From positions 2,691,371-2,755,370 of the forward strand of contig OZ244564.1 in the NCBI GenBank assembly GCA_965217725.1: DNA of 64,000 bases. The letters run 5' to 3'. Shown piece after piece: positions 17,599-27,343 of the stretch. The notes beneath the pieces are model-generated. The model saw only the letters and a program-made list of their open reading frames with translations, made no database searches and had not been told where the DNA came from. The translations under genes were made by a program, and so were the position numbers. Within the stretch, counting starts at the first letter, position 1. Every line of letters starts with the position of its first letter. The stretch comes from Dehalococcoidia bacterium. Lineage in GTDB: Bacteria > Chloroflexota > Dehalococcoidia > Lucifugimonadales > UBA1123.

Positions 17599-17718
17599 GG
17601 CTGGACACCTTCTGCGGCAGGGTTGCCCCGAATCCAAAAGGGGGCGGAATGTTTCGAGGGTCTTTCCCGTGGGATGGTAGTATATCCCTTCGCCTGTCCT
17701 GCTGTGGCCCACATAGCA

Positions 17719-17748
17719 AAAGAGGCGGACATGAACGTCCGCCTCTTT
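17719..17748. repeat. copy B of the terminator-like hairpin element
   Basis: 12-bp stem AAAGAGGCGGAC/GTCCGCCTCTTT. It shares the 3' flank GATTTC-GC-CGTTCCCA with copy A at 14929..14978. Confidence 0.6.
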
Positions 17749-18115
17749 GATTTCGCACCGTTCCCAATGACCCTGGGGCGAACCTCCCTACCTTCAGAGG
17801 CTTCCCTCCTCCGACGGGACTTCTCGCCCAATTACTGGGGCCTCCGCAGTAGTGCGGGAATCGAACCCGCCTATCCACCAGTATATTGGCCCCGAAGCCC
17901 AGCATCAGCCTTCCGGCCCGCCTCACGTTCAGTTTGAGAGCTTTCTGAATGCTCCGTGGACGCCCGACTCATCGCCGAGGATGCCGACACCTTAGCCCTG
18001 CGTAACAGCTTATTCAGTCACAGGGCCCTTGAAAACGGATTAGCAGTATGCCTGTTTCTCAAGTGCCGTGTCAAGAGCAGTTCCAACAATACTGGAATGA
18101 TTACAGAATAGTCAC

Positions 18116-19033
18116 CTACCCCAGCAGGTCCCGGCGTATCTCTTCGAGCCTTGCCCGCTCTTCGGGCGTCGCCTCGTCGAATGGTTCGCCCTTCCGTCGG
18201 ACGGACCCCGTGAATTTAGGGGGCCTCTTCTCGAGGAACGCGGCGCGTCCTTCGTCACCGTCGGCGGTCATCTGGGTCAGCAGAGCGTTCATCAGCGTCT
18301 GAACTCGCCACGCCTCTGTTACCGGAATGTCGCGGAACCTCAGCACCAGCTCCTTCATCATTCGCACCGCGAGTGGGGGAAGGCCAGCGATGTGAGCGGC
18401 CAACTCCTCCGCACGGCTCATTAGCTGATCGTGGGGCACCACCTCGTTGACGAGATTGATCCGCAGCGCCTCCTCCGCGTCGAACGGCTCGTCCATCAGC
18501 AGGATGCGCATGGCGTCAGCGTGCGATATCTGCCTGGTCAGGTAGGTCGCGCCGGGGCCGCCGCCGACCCAGCCCTGGCTCAGCAGCGCGAACTTGAAGC
18601 GTGCGTTCTCTCGCGAGGCTATCCTGATGTCTGTGGACGTGAGCATCAGGTAGAAGCCGGCTCCGGCGGCCCAACCGTTGATCGCACCTATCACCGGCTT
18701 GTAGATCTGCGGGTAGTGGTCGCCCAGCCGCCCGTCTGAACCTATGCGGGCGCCGTTCACTGTGCCGCTCAGTGGCCAGAACACACCCTCGGCCCGGAGC
18801 CGCTCACGCTCTTCCGCGGTGACGTCGGGCCTGGACGCCAGGTTGTGTCCGGCGCAGAAGTGTCGGTCCCCGACTCCGGTCAATATCGCGACTCGAATGT
18901 CCCTGTCGTCCCAGATCTCTTTCCATATCTCCGAGATCTCGAACGAAATCTGCCTGTCCAGGATGTTGGCCTTGGCCGGGTTGTTGATCGTGACGTACGC
19001 GACCTTGTCTCTCTTCTCATAGTCAACGGGCAT
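18116..19033 (-). CDS. enoyl-CoA hydratase/isomerase (crotonase) family protein
   Basis: [23 protein letters not shown] and [10 protein letters not shown] oxyanion-hole motifs. ATG at 19033 with an AAGGGGGA SD. Confidence 0.9.
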   Translation of the reverse strand: MPVDYEKRDKVAYVTINNPAKANILDRQISFEISEIWKEIWDDRDIRVAILTGVGDRHFCAGHNLASRPDVTAEERERLRAEGVFWPLSGTVNGARIGSDGRLGDHYPQIYKPVIGAINGWAAGAGFYLMLTSTDIRIASRENARFKFALLSQGWVGGGPGATYLTRQISHADAMRILLMDEPFDAEEALRINLVNEVVPHDQLMSRAEELAAHIAGLPPLAVRMMKELVLRFRDIPVTEAWRVQTLMNALLTQMTADGDEGRAAFLEKRPPKFTGSVRRKGEPFDEATPEERARLEEIRRDLLG

Positions 19034-19191
19034 GTCTTTCCCCCTTCGTTTGTACACTTGGTCGGATTCTATGGGTAGGAATCGGACTGGTCAACGCGAG
19101 TTCGACTCTGCCCACCATGTTTTCGGCCTCACATGGTGGTCGTGCAGGAATGGTGGAGGCCCCGACTTACTGTACAATTGACGCTGGAACT

Positions 19192-19671
19192 ATGAAGCGA
19201 GTAACCCTCTACACAGACGGTGCCTGCTCTGGCAACCCCGGCAGGGGAGGTTACGGTGCCGTCATGCAATCCGGCCCCCACCGCAACGAGCTCAGTGGTG
19301 GCTTTCGCCATACAACCAACAACCGGATGGAGCTTCTTGCTGTAATCAAGGGGCTTGAAGTCTTGAAACGGCCCTGCGAGGTCACCGTTTACAGCGACTC
19401 TCGATACATCGTCGACGCCATCAACAAAGGCTGGGCCGAACGTTGGAAGGCCAACGGCTGGCGTCGCAACAAGAAGGAAAAGGCGGTCAACCCGGACATG
19501 TGGGCGCGACTCCTGGACCTGCTGAAGACGCATGACGTCGAATTCCGGTGGGTCAAGGGACACGCCGGCAACCCCGGCAACGAGCGGGCGGACGCGCTTG
19601 CGGTCGCGGCATCCAGGGAGGAAGACCTTGCGGTAGATGAGGGATACGAGAACGCTGTTTCCATGTTCTGA
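19192..19671 (+). CDS. rnhA: ribonuclease HI
   Basis: [25 protein letters not shown] and [14 protein letters not shown] catalytic DEDD pattern. Confidence 0.9.
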   Translation: MKRVTLYTDGACSGNPGRGGYGAVMQSGPHRNELSGGFRHTTNNRMELLAVIKGLEVLKRPCEVTVYSDSRYIVDAINKGWAERWKANGWRRNKKEKAVNPDMWARLLDLLKTHDVEFRWVKGHAGNPGNERADALAVAASREEDLAVDEGYENAVSMF

Positions 19672-19672
19672 A

Positions 19673-20191
19673 ATGACTGAAGGTGATGATCTGTTGAACG
19701 ACACACGGAATCCCAATCTGACCCACATTGACCAGAGCGGCAACGCCCAGATGGTCGATGTGGGCTGGAAGCCCGACACTCAGCGGGAGGCCGTTGCCCG
19801 GGGTCGGGTAGTCATGCTCCCGCAGACGCTGGAGCTTATCCAGGCAAATGCTTTCGACAAGGGTGACGTGCTCGCTGTCGCCCGGATCGCCGGAATAATG
19901 GGCGCAAAGAACACGTCGCAACTGATTCCGCTCTGCCATCCGCTGCCCATCAACAAGATCGGTATAGAGTTCGATCTGAACTCCGCTGACAGCGCCGTTG
20001 ACATCACCGCCACGGCCCGCACCGTCGGCAAGACAGGTGTCGAGATGGAGGCGCTCACGGCTGTCAGCATCGCCGCGCTTACGATCTACGATATGTGCAA
20101 AGCTGTCGATCGCGGAATGAGGATCGAGTCTGTGCGGCTGGCCCGTAAGTCGGGTGGTCAGAGCGGAGACGTGGATCTGGAGTCCGAATGA
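19673..20191 (+). CDS. moaC: cyclic pyranopterin monophosphate synthase MoaC
   Basis: [46 protein letters not shown]. Confidence 0.9.
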   Translation: MTEGDDLLNDTRNPNLTHIDQSGNAQMVDVGWKPDTQREAVARGRVVMLPQTLELIQANAFDKGDVLAVARIAGIMGAKNTSQLIPLCHPLPINKIGIEFDLNSADSAVDITATARTVGKTGVEMEALTAVSIAALTIYDMCKAVDRGMRIESVRLARKSGGQSGDVDLESE

Positions 20192-21402
20192 GCCGGCGAC
20201 TCTCCTACAAGTCAATCGAGTCGATCTGCGCGGCCGCCGGAGCGGACCTGCCGTCGTTCACAAGGCCGCTCACAGCGCCGATATACCAGAACTCCGTCTT
20301 TGAGATCGACAGCCTCGAACAGGTAGATGACATCTACGAGGGCAGGCGGGACGGGTTCATCTACTCTCGCGATGCCAACCCGAACGTTGCGATCCTCGAG
20401 CGTGTCGTGGCCGACCTCGAGGATGCTGACGACTCGGTCGCGTTTGCGTCCGGCCTCGGAGCGATAGCCGTCACCCTTCTTTCGATGGTCCAGTCCGGGG
20501 ACACCATAGTCGCGGGCAGTGAGCTGTACGGCGGCACGAACGTGATGCTTCGTCAATACTTGCCCAAGCTTGGAATAGAGTCCCAGTTCGTCGATATGAC
20601 TGATTTGGACCAGGTCGAGCACGCCCTCAAGCATGCCCCGTACCGCGATACGGGGTCCGGCCCGAGGCTCATACTCGTCGAGTCGATAACCAATCCGCTG
20701 CTCAGATTTGCGGACATCGAGGCGATATGCAGGCTTGCGGCGGAACGGGGAACGCGCGTCGTCGTGGACAACACCCTCGCGACGCCTCTGCTGCTCCGCC
20801 CACTCGAATTGGGCGCAGACGTGACATTGCACTCCGCAACCAAGAGCCTCGGGGGTCACTCCGACGTCACAGGTGGAGTCGCTGCCGCCCGCGCCGATGT
20901 CGCGATGGAGATCAAGGGGGCCAACCGCATCTGGGGCAGCACGTTGGACCCGTTCGCGGCATGGCTGATAGTGCGCGGGATTCGCACCTTGCCGATGCGT
21001 GTCGAACGAGCCTGCGAAAACGCGATGCAGGTGGCCGCATTCCTGTCCGACCACGAGAGAATCTCAGCGGTACACTATCCGGGCCTGCCCGACCATCCTC
21101 AGCATGAACTGGCAGCGTCGGTCCTCGACGACGGGTTCGGGAACATGGTCTCCTACGACTTAGATGGCGGTGGCGAGGCCGCCTCGGCCTTTGTCCGATC
21201 ACTGCGGATGATACCTTTCGCACCCAGTCTCGGCGAGGCCCGCACCACGATCTCCCACCCGGCGAAGACATCGCACAGGTCGCTGTCCGGAGAAGAGCAA
21301 ATTGCCGCCGGGATAACGGACGGACTGATCCGCATGTCATGTGGAATCGAGTCGGCTGACGACATAATCAACGATCTGGACCAGGCGCTCAGCGCCCTGT
21401 AG
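20188..21402 (+). CDS. Cys/Met-metabolism PLP-dependent enzyme (cystathionine gamma-synthase/lyase family)
   Basis: [16 protein letters not shown]-lysine motif. ATGA overlap with moaC. Confidence 0.9.
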   Translation: MSRRLSYKSIESICAAAGADLPSFTRPLTAPIYQNSVFEIDSLEQVDDIYEGRRDGFIYSRDANPNVAILERVVADLEDADDSVAFASGLGAIAVTLLSMVQSGDTIVAGSELYGGTNVMLRQYLPKLGIESQFVDMTDLDQVEHALKHAPYRDTGSGPRLILVESITNPLLRFADIEAICRLAAERGTRVVVDNTLATPLLLRPLELGADVTLHSATKSLGGHSDVTGGVAAARADVAMEIKGANRIWGSTLDPFAAWLIVRGIRTLPMRVERACENAMQVAAFLSDHERISAVHYPGLPDHPQHELAASVLDDGFGNMVSYDLDGGGEAASAFVRSLRMIPFAPSLGEARTTISHPAKTSHRSLSGEEQIAAGITDGLIRMSCGIESADDIINDLDQALSAL

Positions 21403-21427
21403 CGCTGTCGGACATCAGGGAGCACTC

Positions 21428-21850
21428 ATGGACTTCGACGACGTAAAGCCGTTCTTTGAAACACATCACCGGGGCGTCATCGCGACCCGCAGGCCCAGCG
21501 GGGCCACCCACTCCAGCATCGTGGTATGCGGCGCGTACAAGGGCCACGCGGCATTCGTGTCGGTGTACCCGCGGTCGCAGAAGATAAGGAACCTGCGCCG
21601 AGACCCGAACTGCACGGTACTCGGGGTCACAGACGACTGGCGCGAGTGGGTATCCGTCGAAGGCCAGGCGACCCTGTTCGACTGCAACAGCACGGACGCG
21701 GAGGAGTTGAGGGTCTTGCTTCGCGAAGTGTACATGGCGTGCAGCCACACCGAGCATCCCGACTGGGAGGAGTACGACCGGGCGATGATCGACCAGGAAG
21801 CAGTGATCGTTCTGGTCAAGCCGGAGCGAGTCTACGGGCTGCTGCGGTAG
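21428..21850 (+). CDS. PPOX-class (F420-dependent type) pyridoxamine 5'-phosphate oxidase family protein
   Basis: 140-aa split-barrel pattern: GVIATRRPSGATHSS...IRNLRRDPNCTVL...VSVEGQATL. Confidence 0.7.
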   Translation: MDFDDVKPFFETHHRGVIATRRPSGATHSSIVVCGAYKGHAAFVSVYPRSQKIRNLRRDPNCTVLGVTDDWREWVSVEGQATLFDCNSTDAEELRVLLREVYMACSHTEHPDWEEYDRAMIDQEAVIVLVKPERVYGLLR

Positions 21851-21882
21851 CCTTCAGAATTCAACCGGTCGGATGATCCCAA

Positions 21883-22503
21883 TTGTCACTCCTGAAGAAC
21901 CTGTTCAAGCGGAATCGCAGACTCAAAGGTCCGCTGGAGACGCCGGACCTGATCGTGGTGGGACTCGGCAACCCTGAGCCTCACTATCTAAAGACACGGC
22001 ACAACGCGGGCTGGTGGCTCATCGACCTGCTGGCCAAGCGTCACTCAATCGAGCTACGGCGTGCGCACAGCACCACGAGGCTCGGCATGGGGACCATCGA
22101 TGGGCGTGCGGTCGCACTTGCCAAGCCCCGTACCCACGTAAACGGCAGCGGCGAAGCGGTGGCATACTTGCTCGCTCGGATGCGGGCGACGCAGGACAAG
22201 CTGCTGATCGTCTATGACGAGACGGCGCTGCCGCCCGGCAAGCTCAGACTTAGGCCCAGTGGAAGCGCTGCTGGGCACAACGGCATAAAGTCGATCATTT
22301 CCGCGCTGGGCAACCAGGACTTCGCTCGGCTGAGGATTGGCGTCGGACAGCCTCCTCCCGGCACAGACCGAGTAGGATGGGTTCTAGGCGAGATGTCGTC
22401 CGAAGAACAGGAGCTTGTCGACGACGCCATCGAGAGGGCCACACAGGCCATCATCAGCCTCATGCAGGACGGGATCGACAGTACGATGGGCCGGTTCAAC
22501 TAG
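21883..22503 (+). CDS. pth: peptidyl-tRNA hydrolase
   Basis: LIVVGLGNPEPHYLKTRHNAGW, GSAAGHNGIKSI, RLRIGVG. Confidence 0.9.
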   Translation: MSLLKNLFKRNRRLKGPLETPDLIVVGLGNPEPHYLKTRHNAGWWLIDLLAKRHSIELRRAHSTTRLGMGTIDGRAVALAKPRTHVNGSGEAVAYLLARMRATQDKLLIVYDETALPPGKLRLRPSGSAAGHNGIKSIISALGNQDFARLRIGVGQPPPGTDRVGWVLGEMSSEEQELVDDAIERATQAIISLMQDGIDSTMGRFN

Positions 22504-22640
22504 GGGCGCCAGGCGACCGGACTCTATCCTCAGTCAGATCCAGATTTATGGGATCAGACTTGCTGTGGAATACAGATTTCAGACTAGTAGTCCAACATCA
22601 TCGAAGTGACTATTAGCAGAGACAGGAGACAATCCAACGT

Positions 22641-22667
22641 CCCCTCTCCCTTGAGGGTGAGGGTGAA
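22641..22667. repeat. REP-like palindrome, family B
   Basis: CCCCTCTCCCTTGAGGGTGAGGGTGAA. The same family is the IS insertion target at 34501..34514 and 35839..35870. Confidence 0.7.
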
Positions 22668-22758
22668 ATTGCCCATCAACTCAAGAGTGGTGGGCTACTA
22701 GCCTCGATTTTATGCAAAGGCCAGACTATTATATGGAGAGGAGCGGCCTGCGAGTCTT

Positions 22759-23808
22759 ATGCGTCTCTACATTGGCAAGAACCACTTAAGAGATACCTTC
22801 CCTGTCCAGAGCATATTTCGCCTGGCGGGCAGTGACGAAGACGCACTCACCTTTGCTCTGGGATTCCTGCTAGCTTATGATCGCTCTTTCTGCACCAAAC
22901 TAATTCGTCGTCTGCGCGTTGCCCGTCGCCTGACCCTCAAACCCGGCTATTCCGTACGTCTGCAAGAAGTTACCGATTCGAGATTCGGTCGCAGAGATAT
23001 CGTCATCGAGGACAGTAGAATGCGTATCGTACTGGAGGCTAAGATTGGGGGTGCCGAACCTACCGCCCAGCAACTCCTCAAGTATGGCACTGAACACAGG
23101 CTGTGGAATCAGTATAAGACACGAGGGGTGGTTGCCCTTACTCAGGTTGAATTGGCGGCAGCGACGAGAAAAAGTGTTGAGGCGAAGCTATCCGAACAAG
23201 GCATACGATTCAGCAATGTGCAGTGGCACGAAGTCGTTGATCTCGCCCTGGGCTACAAGCCTTCCGACGACTCAGAAGTGTCGCGATACCTTCTCGACCA
23301 GTTCATTCGCTACATCAGGAGTGATTACCACATGGGTTACTATGATGCTGAGATTCTCATTCAGGACGTGAATCCCTTCAACGCGAAGATATTTGAAGAA
23401 GGCTGGATGTACGTCGCCAACCTCAAGGACAAAAAGGCTCCTCTGTACTTCTCTCCCTACTTCACTAGCCAATGTACAAACACTGGCATATCAATGGTCA
23501 GCCGTGTGATGGATACCGAAATCGTCGTACTTGCCGAAAAGCAAGATGTTTCTGTAGACACACCGGGCGATGCCCATCTACAAAAATGGCGCAACGGGCT
23601 TGATCTAGTGAAAAATGCATACCCTGAGCACACGGAGGTGCAACTCCTATATTTGGATTGCCCAATAACCCTTTGGAAATCGCCATTGCTCAAGAAGACA
23701 TTTAATGCGATGGGACCGCCCAAGCAGATTCCAAGCCAGATACCCAAAGGTTTTAGTCTGAGATTCGATGAGTTGCTGCCGCCCGGGCTGGAAGGTAGTA
23801 AACCTTAA
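22759..23808 (+). CDS. hypothetical protein: N-terminal RecB-like PD-(D/E)xK nuclease domain plus uncharacterised C-terminal domain
   Basis: EDALTF ... RRDIVIED ... IVLEAK ... QQLLKY gives the E / D / ExK / QxxxY motif series. About 170 aa of the C-terminus have no family I can name. Lies in a visibly lower-GC segment. Confidence 0.6.
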   Translation: MRLYIGKNHLRDTFPVQSIFRLAGSDEDALTFALGFLLAYDRSFCTKLIRRLRVARRLTLKPGYSVRLQEVTDSRFGRRDIVIEDSRMRIVLEAKIGGAEPTAQQLLKYGTEHRLWNQYKTRGVVALTQVELAAATRKSVEAKLSEQGIRFSNVQWHEVVDLALGYKPSDDSEVSRYLLDQFIRYIRSDYHMGYYDAEILIQDVNPFNAKIFEEGWMYVANLKDKKAPLYFSPYFTSQCTNTGISMVSRVMDTEIVVLAEKQDVSVDTPGDAHLQKWRNGLDLVKNAYPEHTEVQLLYLDCPITLWKSPLLKKTFNAMGPPKQIPSQIPKGFSLRFDELLPPGLEGSKP

Positions 23809-23925
23809 CCAGGGATCTGGACATCCCTCTAGTGGCCTGACCACATGGTATTGATGGTTTGCGTATCGCCCTTCGACAGGCTCAGGACGAACGATTGTGA
23901 CCATCAGAACTGAGTTGTCGGTACA

Positions 23926-24180
23926 CTAGGACTCAATTATCCTGTCATACTCATCGTGATCGCCGATCCATACCCAGATGAAGTCTTCACCGTCTTCGAT
24001 GGCTAGCGCCCTGTGCCCACGTCCCACGCGAACGCTCCAGAACCGGCCCACTCTCTTGAATTGAAGAGACGGATATCTTGGGTCTTCTTTGAGAATCTGG
24101 AAATTGCGCCTCGCAATTCTCTGAACCGGTTCGGGTAGACGTTCGAGATACCGCCAAAATCGGGGAGTGGTCCGATGCAC
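23926..24180 (-). CDS. RelE/ParE-family toxin
   Basis: 84 aa: LKEDPRYPSLQFKRVGRFWSVRVGRGHRALAIEDGEDFIWVWIGDHDEYD, a typical RelE/ParE layout. GTG start abuts the stop of the upstream small gene. Confidence 0.75.
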   Translation of the reverse strand: MHRTTPRFWRYLERLPEPVQRIARRNFQILKEDPRYPSLQFKRVGRFWSVRVGRGHRALAIEDGEDFIWVWIGDHDEYDRIIES

Positions 24181-24381
24181 TTAGAGTTCCTGGAGCGTTC
24201 CCTGTCTCTTGGCTTGCTCCGCATCGGCAATCAGGAAGTCCAGCTTCCCATCTCTCGAGTCCGATTCGATCTGTCTGTCCCACTCTTCCCAGTCCAACTC
24301 GCTGAGCCACCGTCTGAGTCGAGCGTAGTCTGCTTCGGGAAGAGCTAATATCGCCTGCTGAATCTCTGAGACGCTAGTCAT
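24181..24381 (-). CDS. putative antitoxin (addiction-module component-like)
   Basis: 66-aa acidic helical protein (SEIQQAILALPEADYARLRRWLSELD) directly upstream of, and abutting, the toxin gene. Confidence 0.6.
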   Translation of the reverse strand: MTSVSEIQQAILALPEADYARLRRWLSELDWEEWDRQIESDSRDGKLDFLIADAEQAKRQGTLQEL

Positions 24382-24525
24382 AATTCCCGCTCTCCTATTC
24401 GGTGCCAACCAGTAGAGACTCTAGCTGTGCTCCCCATCGCTATTGTCATTGATTTCCGAGTTCGATGAAAGACGCAGAGGAGAATTGAGGACTTCAACTC
24501 CTGGGGAAGTAGAGTGGAGATTGTG

Positions 24526-25641
24526 TTACGCCAGCCCCATCTGCTGGGCGAACTTCTCGACGTACCCGGATGAGGCGCCGTACTTCAGTTCCGCTACTTT
24601 CGCCCTGCGCGTCCAGAGTTGGAGATCGTACTCCTCCATGAAGCCGAGCCCACCGTGTATCTGCTGTGCGGTCAGCGTCGTCCACTTGTAGGCGTGATTC
24701 GTGAGCGACTTGGCGAGCGCGATCTCTTTGTCAGCAGTCTGCCCGTCCTCGATCCTGGTGATCGCCTCATACGTCGCCAGCCGCGCCGAGTCTATCGCGA
24801 TCACCATGTCCGTGCAGTCGTGCTGCACAGACTGGAACGTGGCGATTGCGCGGTCGAACTGCACGCGCTGCTTGGTATAGGCGACGGTCATCTCGAGAAC
24901 GTGCTGTGCGCCGCCTACGCTGTGAGCGCAGTGAAGCAGGGCAGCCCTGTAGAGCGCGCGCTTGAGAGCCGCTCCGCCCTGTTCAGGATCAGCGACAAGG
25001 TCGCCCGTTACGTGAACGTCTGCAAGCTCTACCGCGAATTGGGGGTCGCGAGCGATACTGTCCAATCGAGTCAGGCTGACACCGTCTGCCGACGTCGGTA
25101 CAAGCAGCATTACGACGCTGTTATCCGATCTCGCCGGCGCCAGCATCAAGTCGGCGGAGTTTGCGTACTCGACGAACATCTTGGTCCCGTTGAGCACGTA
25201 CCCGTCATCCCGCCGTTCCGCTGTCATGGCGACCGAGTCGGGGCCGTAGCGGGCGCTCTCGTCCAGGAGTGCTGCGGTCGCGATGAGTGAGCCGTCGGAG
25301 ATTCGCGGCAGTATCTCAGAACGCTGCGCATCCGATCCAGCGTCCAGGAGGGTCAGACCGACTACAGCCACGGAGTTGAAGAACGGTCCCGGCACGAGCG
25401 CGCGCCCGAACTCCTCAAGAAGCACTGCCAGATCGGTGAGCGTACCCCCGGAGCCTCCCAGGTCCTCTGGAAACGGCAGTCCGGACCATCCGAGACCCGA
25501 TATGCGTTCCCAAAGATCGGCTGGATAGCCCCGGTCGTCCTGCTCCATCGCACGGACCAGGCTCGTCGGGCACTCGACCTCGAATAGTTCTCTGGCGGTA
25601 TCTTTCAGCTTCTGCTGCGCGTCTGTGAGGGAGAGGTCCAT
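24526..25641 (-). CDS. acyl-CoA dehydrogenase family protein
   Basis: 371 aa with ACAD N/M/C layout (GWSGLPFPEDLGG ... QIHGGLGFMEEY). Confidence 0.9.
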   Translation of the reverse strand: MDLSLTDAQQKLKDTARELFEVECPTSLVRAMEQDDRGYPADLWERISGLGWSGLPFPEDLGGSGGTLTDLAVLLEEFGRALVPGPFFNSVAVVGLTLLDAGSDAQRSEILPRISDGSLIATAALLDESARYGPDSVAMTAERRDDGYVLNGTKMFVEYANSADLMLAPARSDNSVVMLLVPTSADGVSLTRLDSIARDPQFAVELADVHVTGDLVADPEQGGAALKRALYRAALLHCAHSVGGAQHVLEMTVAYTKQRVQFDRAIATFQSVQHDCTDMVIAIDSARLATYEAITRIEDGQTADKEIALAKSLTNHAYKWTTLTAQQIHGGLGFMEEYDLQLWTRRAKVAELKYGASSGYVEKFAQQMGLA

Positions 25642-25655
25642 GCGGGAGTCCTGGT

Positions 25656-26888
25656 CTATGTCCTGCCTGCAGCGGCCTGAGGCGACCTGGCGTCCTGCCG
25701 CCCCTGCCCGTCTTCCCTCGGCATACCGAGACCTCTCTGCGCGATGATGTTGCGCTGGACCTCGTTCGCGCCCCCGCCGAATCTCAGGAATATACCGCTC
25801 CGGTACGCCTGCTCCATTTCACCGTCCAGCAGTGTGAACGGCGAATGCTTGGTGAGCTGTCCGTACATGCCCAGCAGCTCGAACCCGAAGTCTGCGACCT
25901 CCTGGATCAGGTCGGTAGCCACAATCTTCAGCGCCGAGCTTTCGTAGTTGGGCACGATGCCCTGGTCGATCATCCACGCCGTCCTGTACGACAGCAGCCT
26001 GACCGTCTCCAGCTTCATGCCAATCTCGGCGAAGCGAGTCCTGAAGTGCGGATCGCGCGACAGCGGCTCGCCATCTACTTCCGTCTTGTTGGCGTATGCG
26101 ACGAGCTTGTTGAGTCTGCGCATCAGACCGGTGTACCGCGAGCCGATGCTGACCCGCTCGAAGTCGAGCGCCATGGCTACGTGGTACCAGCCGCGATTTG
26201 GTTCTCCGATCAGGTTCTGGCGTGGAATGCGCACGTTGTCGAAGAACACCTCGTTGGTGCGTCCGCTGTCCATGCGCCACAGGGGACGCACAGAGATGCC
26301 GTCGGAGTCCATCGGCACCAGAAAGACCGACAGGCCGCGGTGTTTCCTGACTTCAGTGTCCGTCCTTGCCAGCAGCCAGACGTGAGACGAGAAGTGTCCC
26401 GCGCTGGTGAACAGCTTCTGGCCGTTGATGACGTAGTCGTCTCTGTCCACGACCGCGCGTGTCTGGAGTCCGGCGAGGTCCGTCCCGGCGCCGGGTTCAG
26501 TGTAGCCCAGTGCGCACTCGACCTCACCGCTTAGCATCTTTGGCAGCCACTCGGCCCGCTGCTCGTCGTTGCCGACGTTCATGATCGTTGGCCCGACCAT
26601 GTTTACCGCCGTGCCGTTGGTGTACAGACCGCCGAAGCTGCCGACCTCCTCGGAGAAGATGTACTGGTCCATGAGAGATCGGCCCAGTCCGCCGTACTCC
26701 TCCGGCCAGGAGATGCCCAGGAGCCCGCGACTGCCGATCTCGCGCATGAAGCGCTTACCGGCGGGGCCGGGTCCTACGTCGTCATCGCTCTCCATCTCCT
26801 CCCGGAGATCGGGAGTGATCAGGGACTCGATAGTCGAACGTACTTCCCGCCGCCATTCGTCCTGTTCTGGCGTGAATCGGAAGTCCAT
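25656..26888 (-). CDS. acyl-CoA dehydrogenase family protein
   Basis: 410 aa: GISWPEEYGG, CALGYTEPGAGTD, GGGANEVQRNIIA. Confidence 0.9.
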   Translation of the reverse strand: MDFRFTPEQDEWRREVRSTIESLITPDLREEMESDDDVGPGPAGKRFMREIGSRGLLGISWPEEYGGLGRSLMDQYIFSEEVGSFGGLYTNGTAVNMVGPTIMNVGNDEQRAEWLPKMLSGEVECALGYTEPGAGTDLAGLQTRAVVDRDDYVINGQKLFTSAGHFSSHVWLLARTDTEVRKHRGLSVFLVPMDSDGISVRPLWRMDSGRTNEVFFDNVRIPRQNLIGEPNRGWYHVAMALDFERVSIGSRYTGLMRRLNKLVAYANKTEVDGEPLSRDPHFRTRFAEIGMKLETVRLLSYRTAWMIDQGIVPNYESSALKIVATDLIQEVADFGFELLGMYGQLTKHSPFTLLDGEMEQAYRSGIFLRFGGGANEVQRNIIAQRGLGMPREDGQGRQDARSPQAAAGRT

Positions 26889-26899
26889 GAGACGTTCAC

Positions 26900-27322
26900 C
26901 TATGCGGGCTTGAACACAGGAAGCGCTATCTCTCCCTCGCCCTGGTCGATCCAGGTGACCTCCACCCTCATGCCGCAGGTGACGTCCTCGATCGGGTTAT
27001 CGACGCCGACGATGTTGGTCATGATGCGGAACCCCTCGTCGAGGTCCACGTACGCCAACGCGTACGGGCCGAGGTCCTTGAACGCGGGGTGGTAGTTCTG
27101 CATGACCACGCTGAACGTGTACACCTCTCCCTTCCCGCTGGAGACGTTCCAGGAGATGTCGCTGGACAGGCATCCGGTGCAGTGCGCGCGCGGGTAGAAG
27201 ATCACCTCGTCGCAGTCGTCGCAGGTCTGGTAGACGAGCTCACGTCGTTTGGTGGCTTCCCAGAACGGCTCTGTGTCTTGCTCCGGGAAGCGCGGCTGTG
27301 GCCTCAGTGCTTGTTCGGTCAT
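26900..27322 (-). CDS. Zn-ribbon OB-fold protein (DUF35 family)
   Basis: CDDCDEVIFYPRAHCTGC rubredoxin-like ribbon followed by an OB-fold. Typical thiolase partner. Confidence 0.85.
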   Translation of the reverse strand: MTEQALRPQPRFPEQDTEPFWEATKRRELVYQTCDDCDEVIFYPRAHCTGCLSSDISWNVSSGKGEVYTFSVVMQNYHPAFKDLGPYALAYVDLDEGFRIMTNIVGVDNPIEDVTCGMRVEVTWIDQGEGEIALPVFKPA

Positions 27323-27343
27323 TGGGTTCTCCTAGTGTCAGTA

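Noticed and set aside
17836-17935. tRNA gene on the minus strand, suggested by the perfect T-arm GCGGGTTCGATTCCCGC
   Set aside because: No 5' acceptor strand complementary to the 3' strand (ACTACTG) lies within tRNA distance, and no D-arm or anticodon arm could be folded. A Sec-tRNA layout was also tried and failed. It is reported only as an unassigned tRNA-like fragment.
17750-18075. tmRNA, RNase P RNA, SRP RNA or T-box leader in the 350-bp gap
   Set aside because: The region lacks a GGGG...ACCA acceptor pairing (tmRNA), the GAGGAAAGUCC/ACAGAA P4 motifs (RNase P), and the GGAA-tetraloop-plus-AGCA loop context (SRP). Only 8 of 12 positions match the T-box core, and the match sits about 100 nt from the terminator. 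None can be supported by eye.
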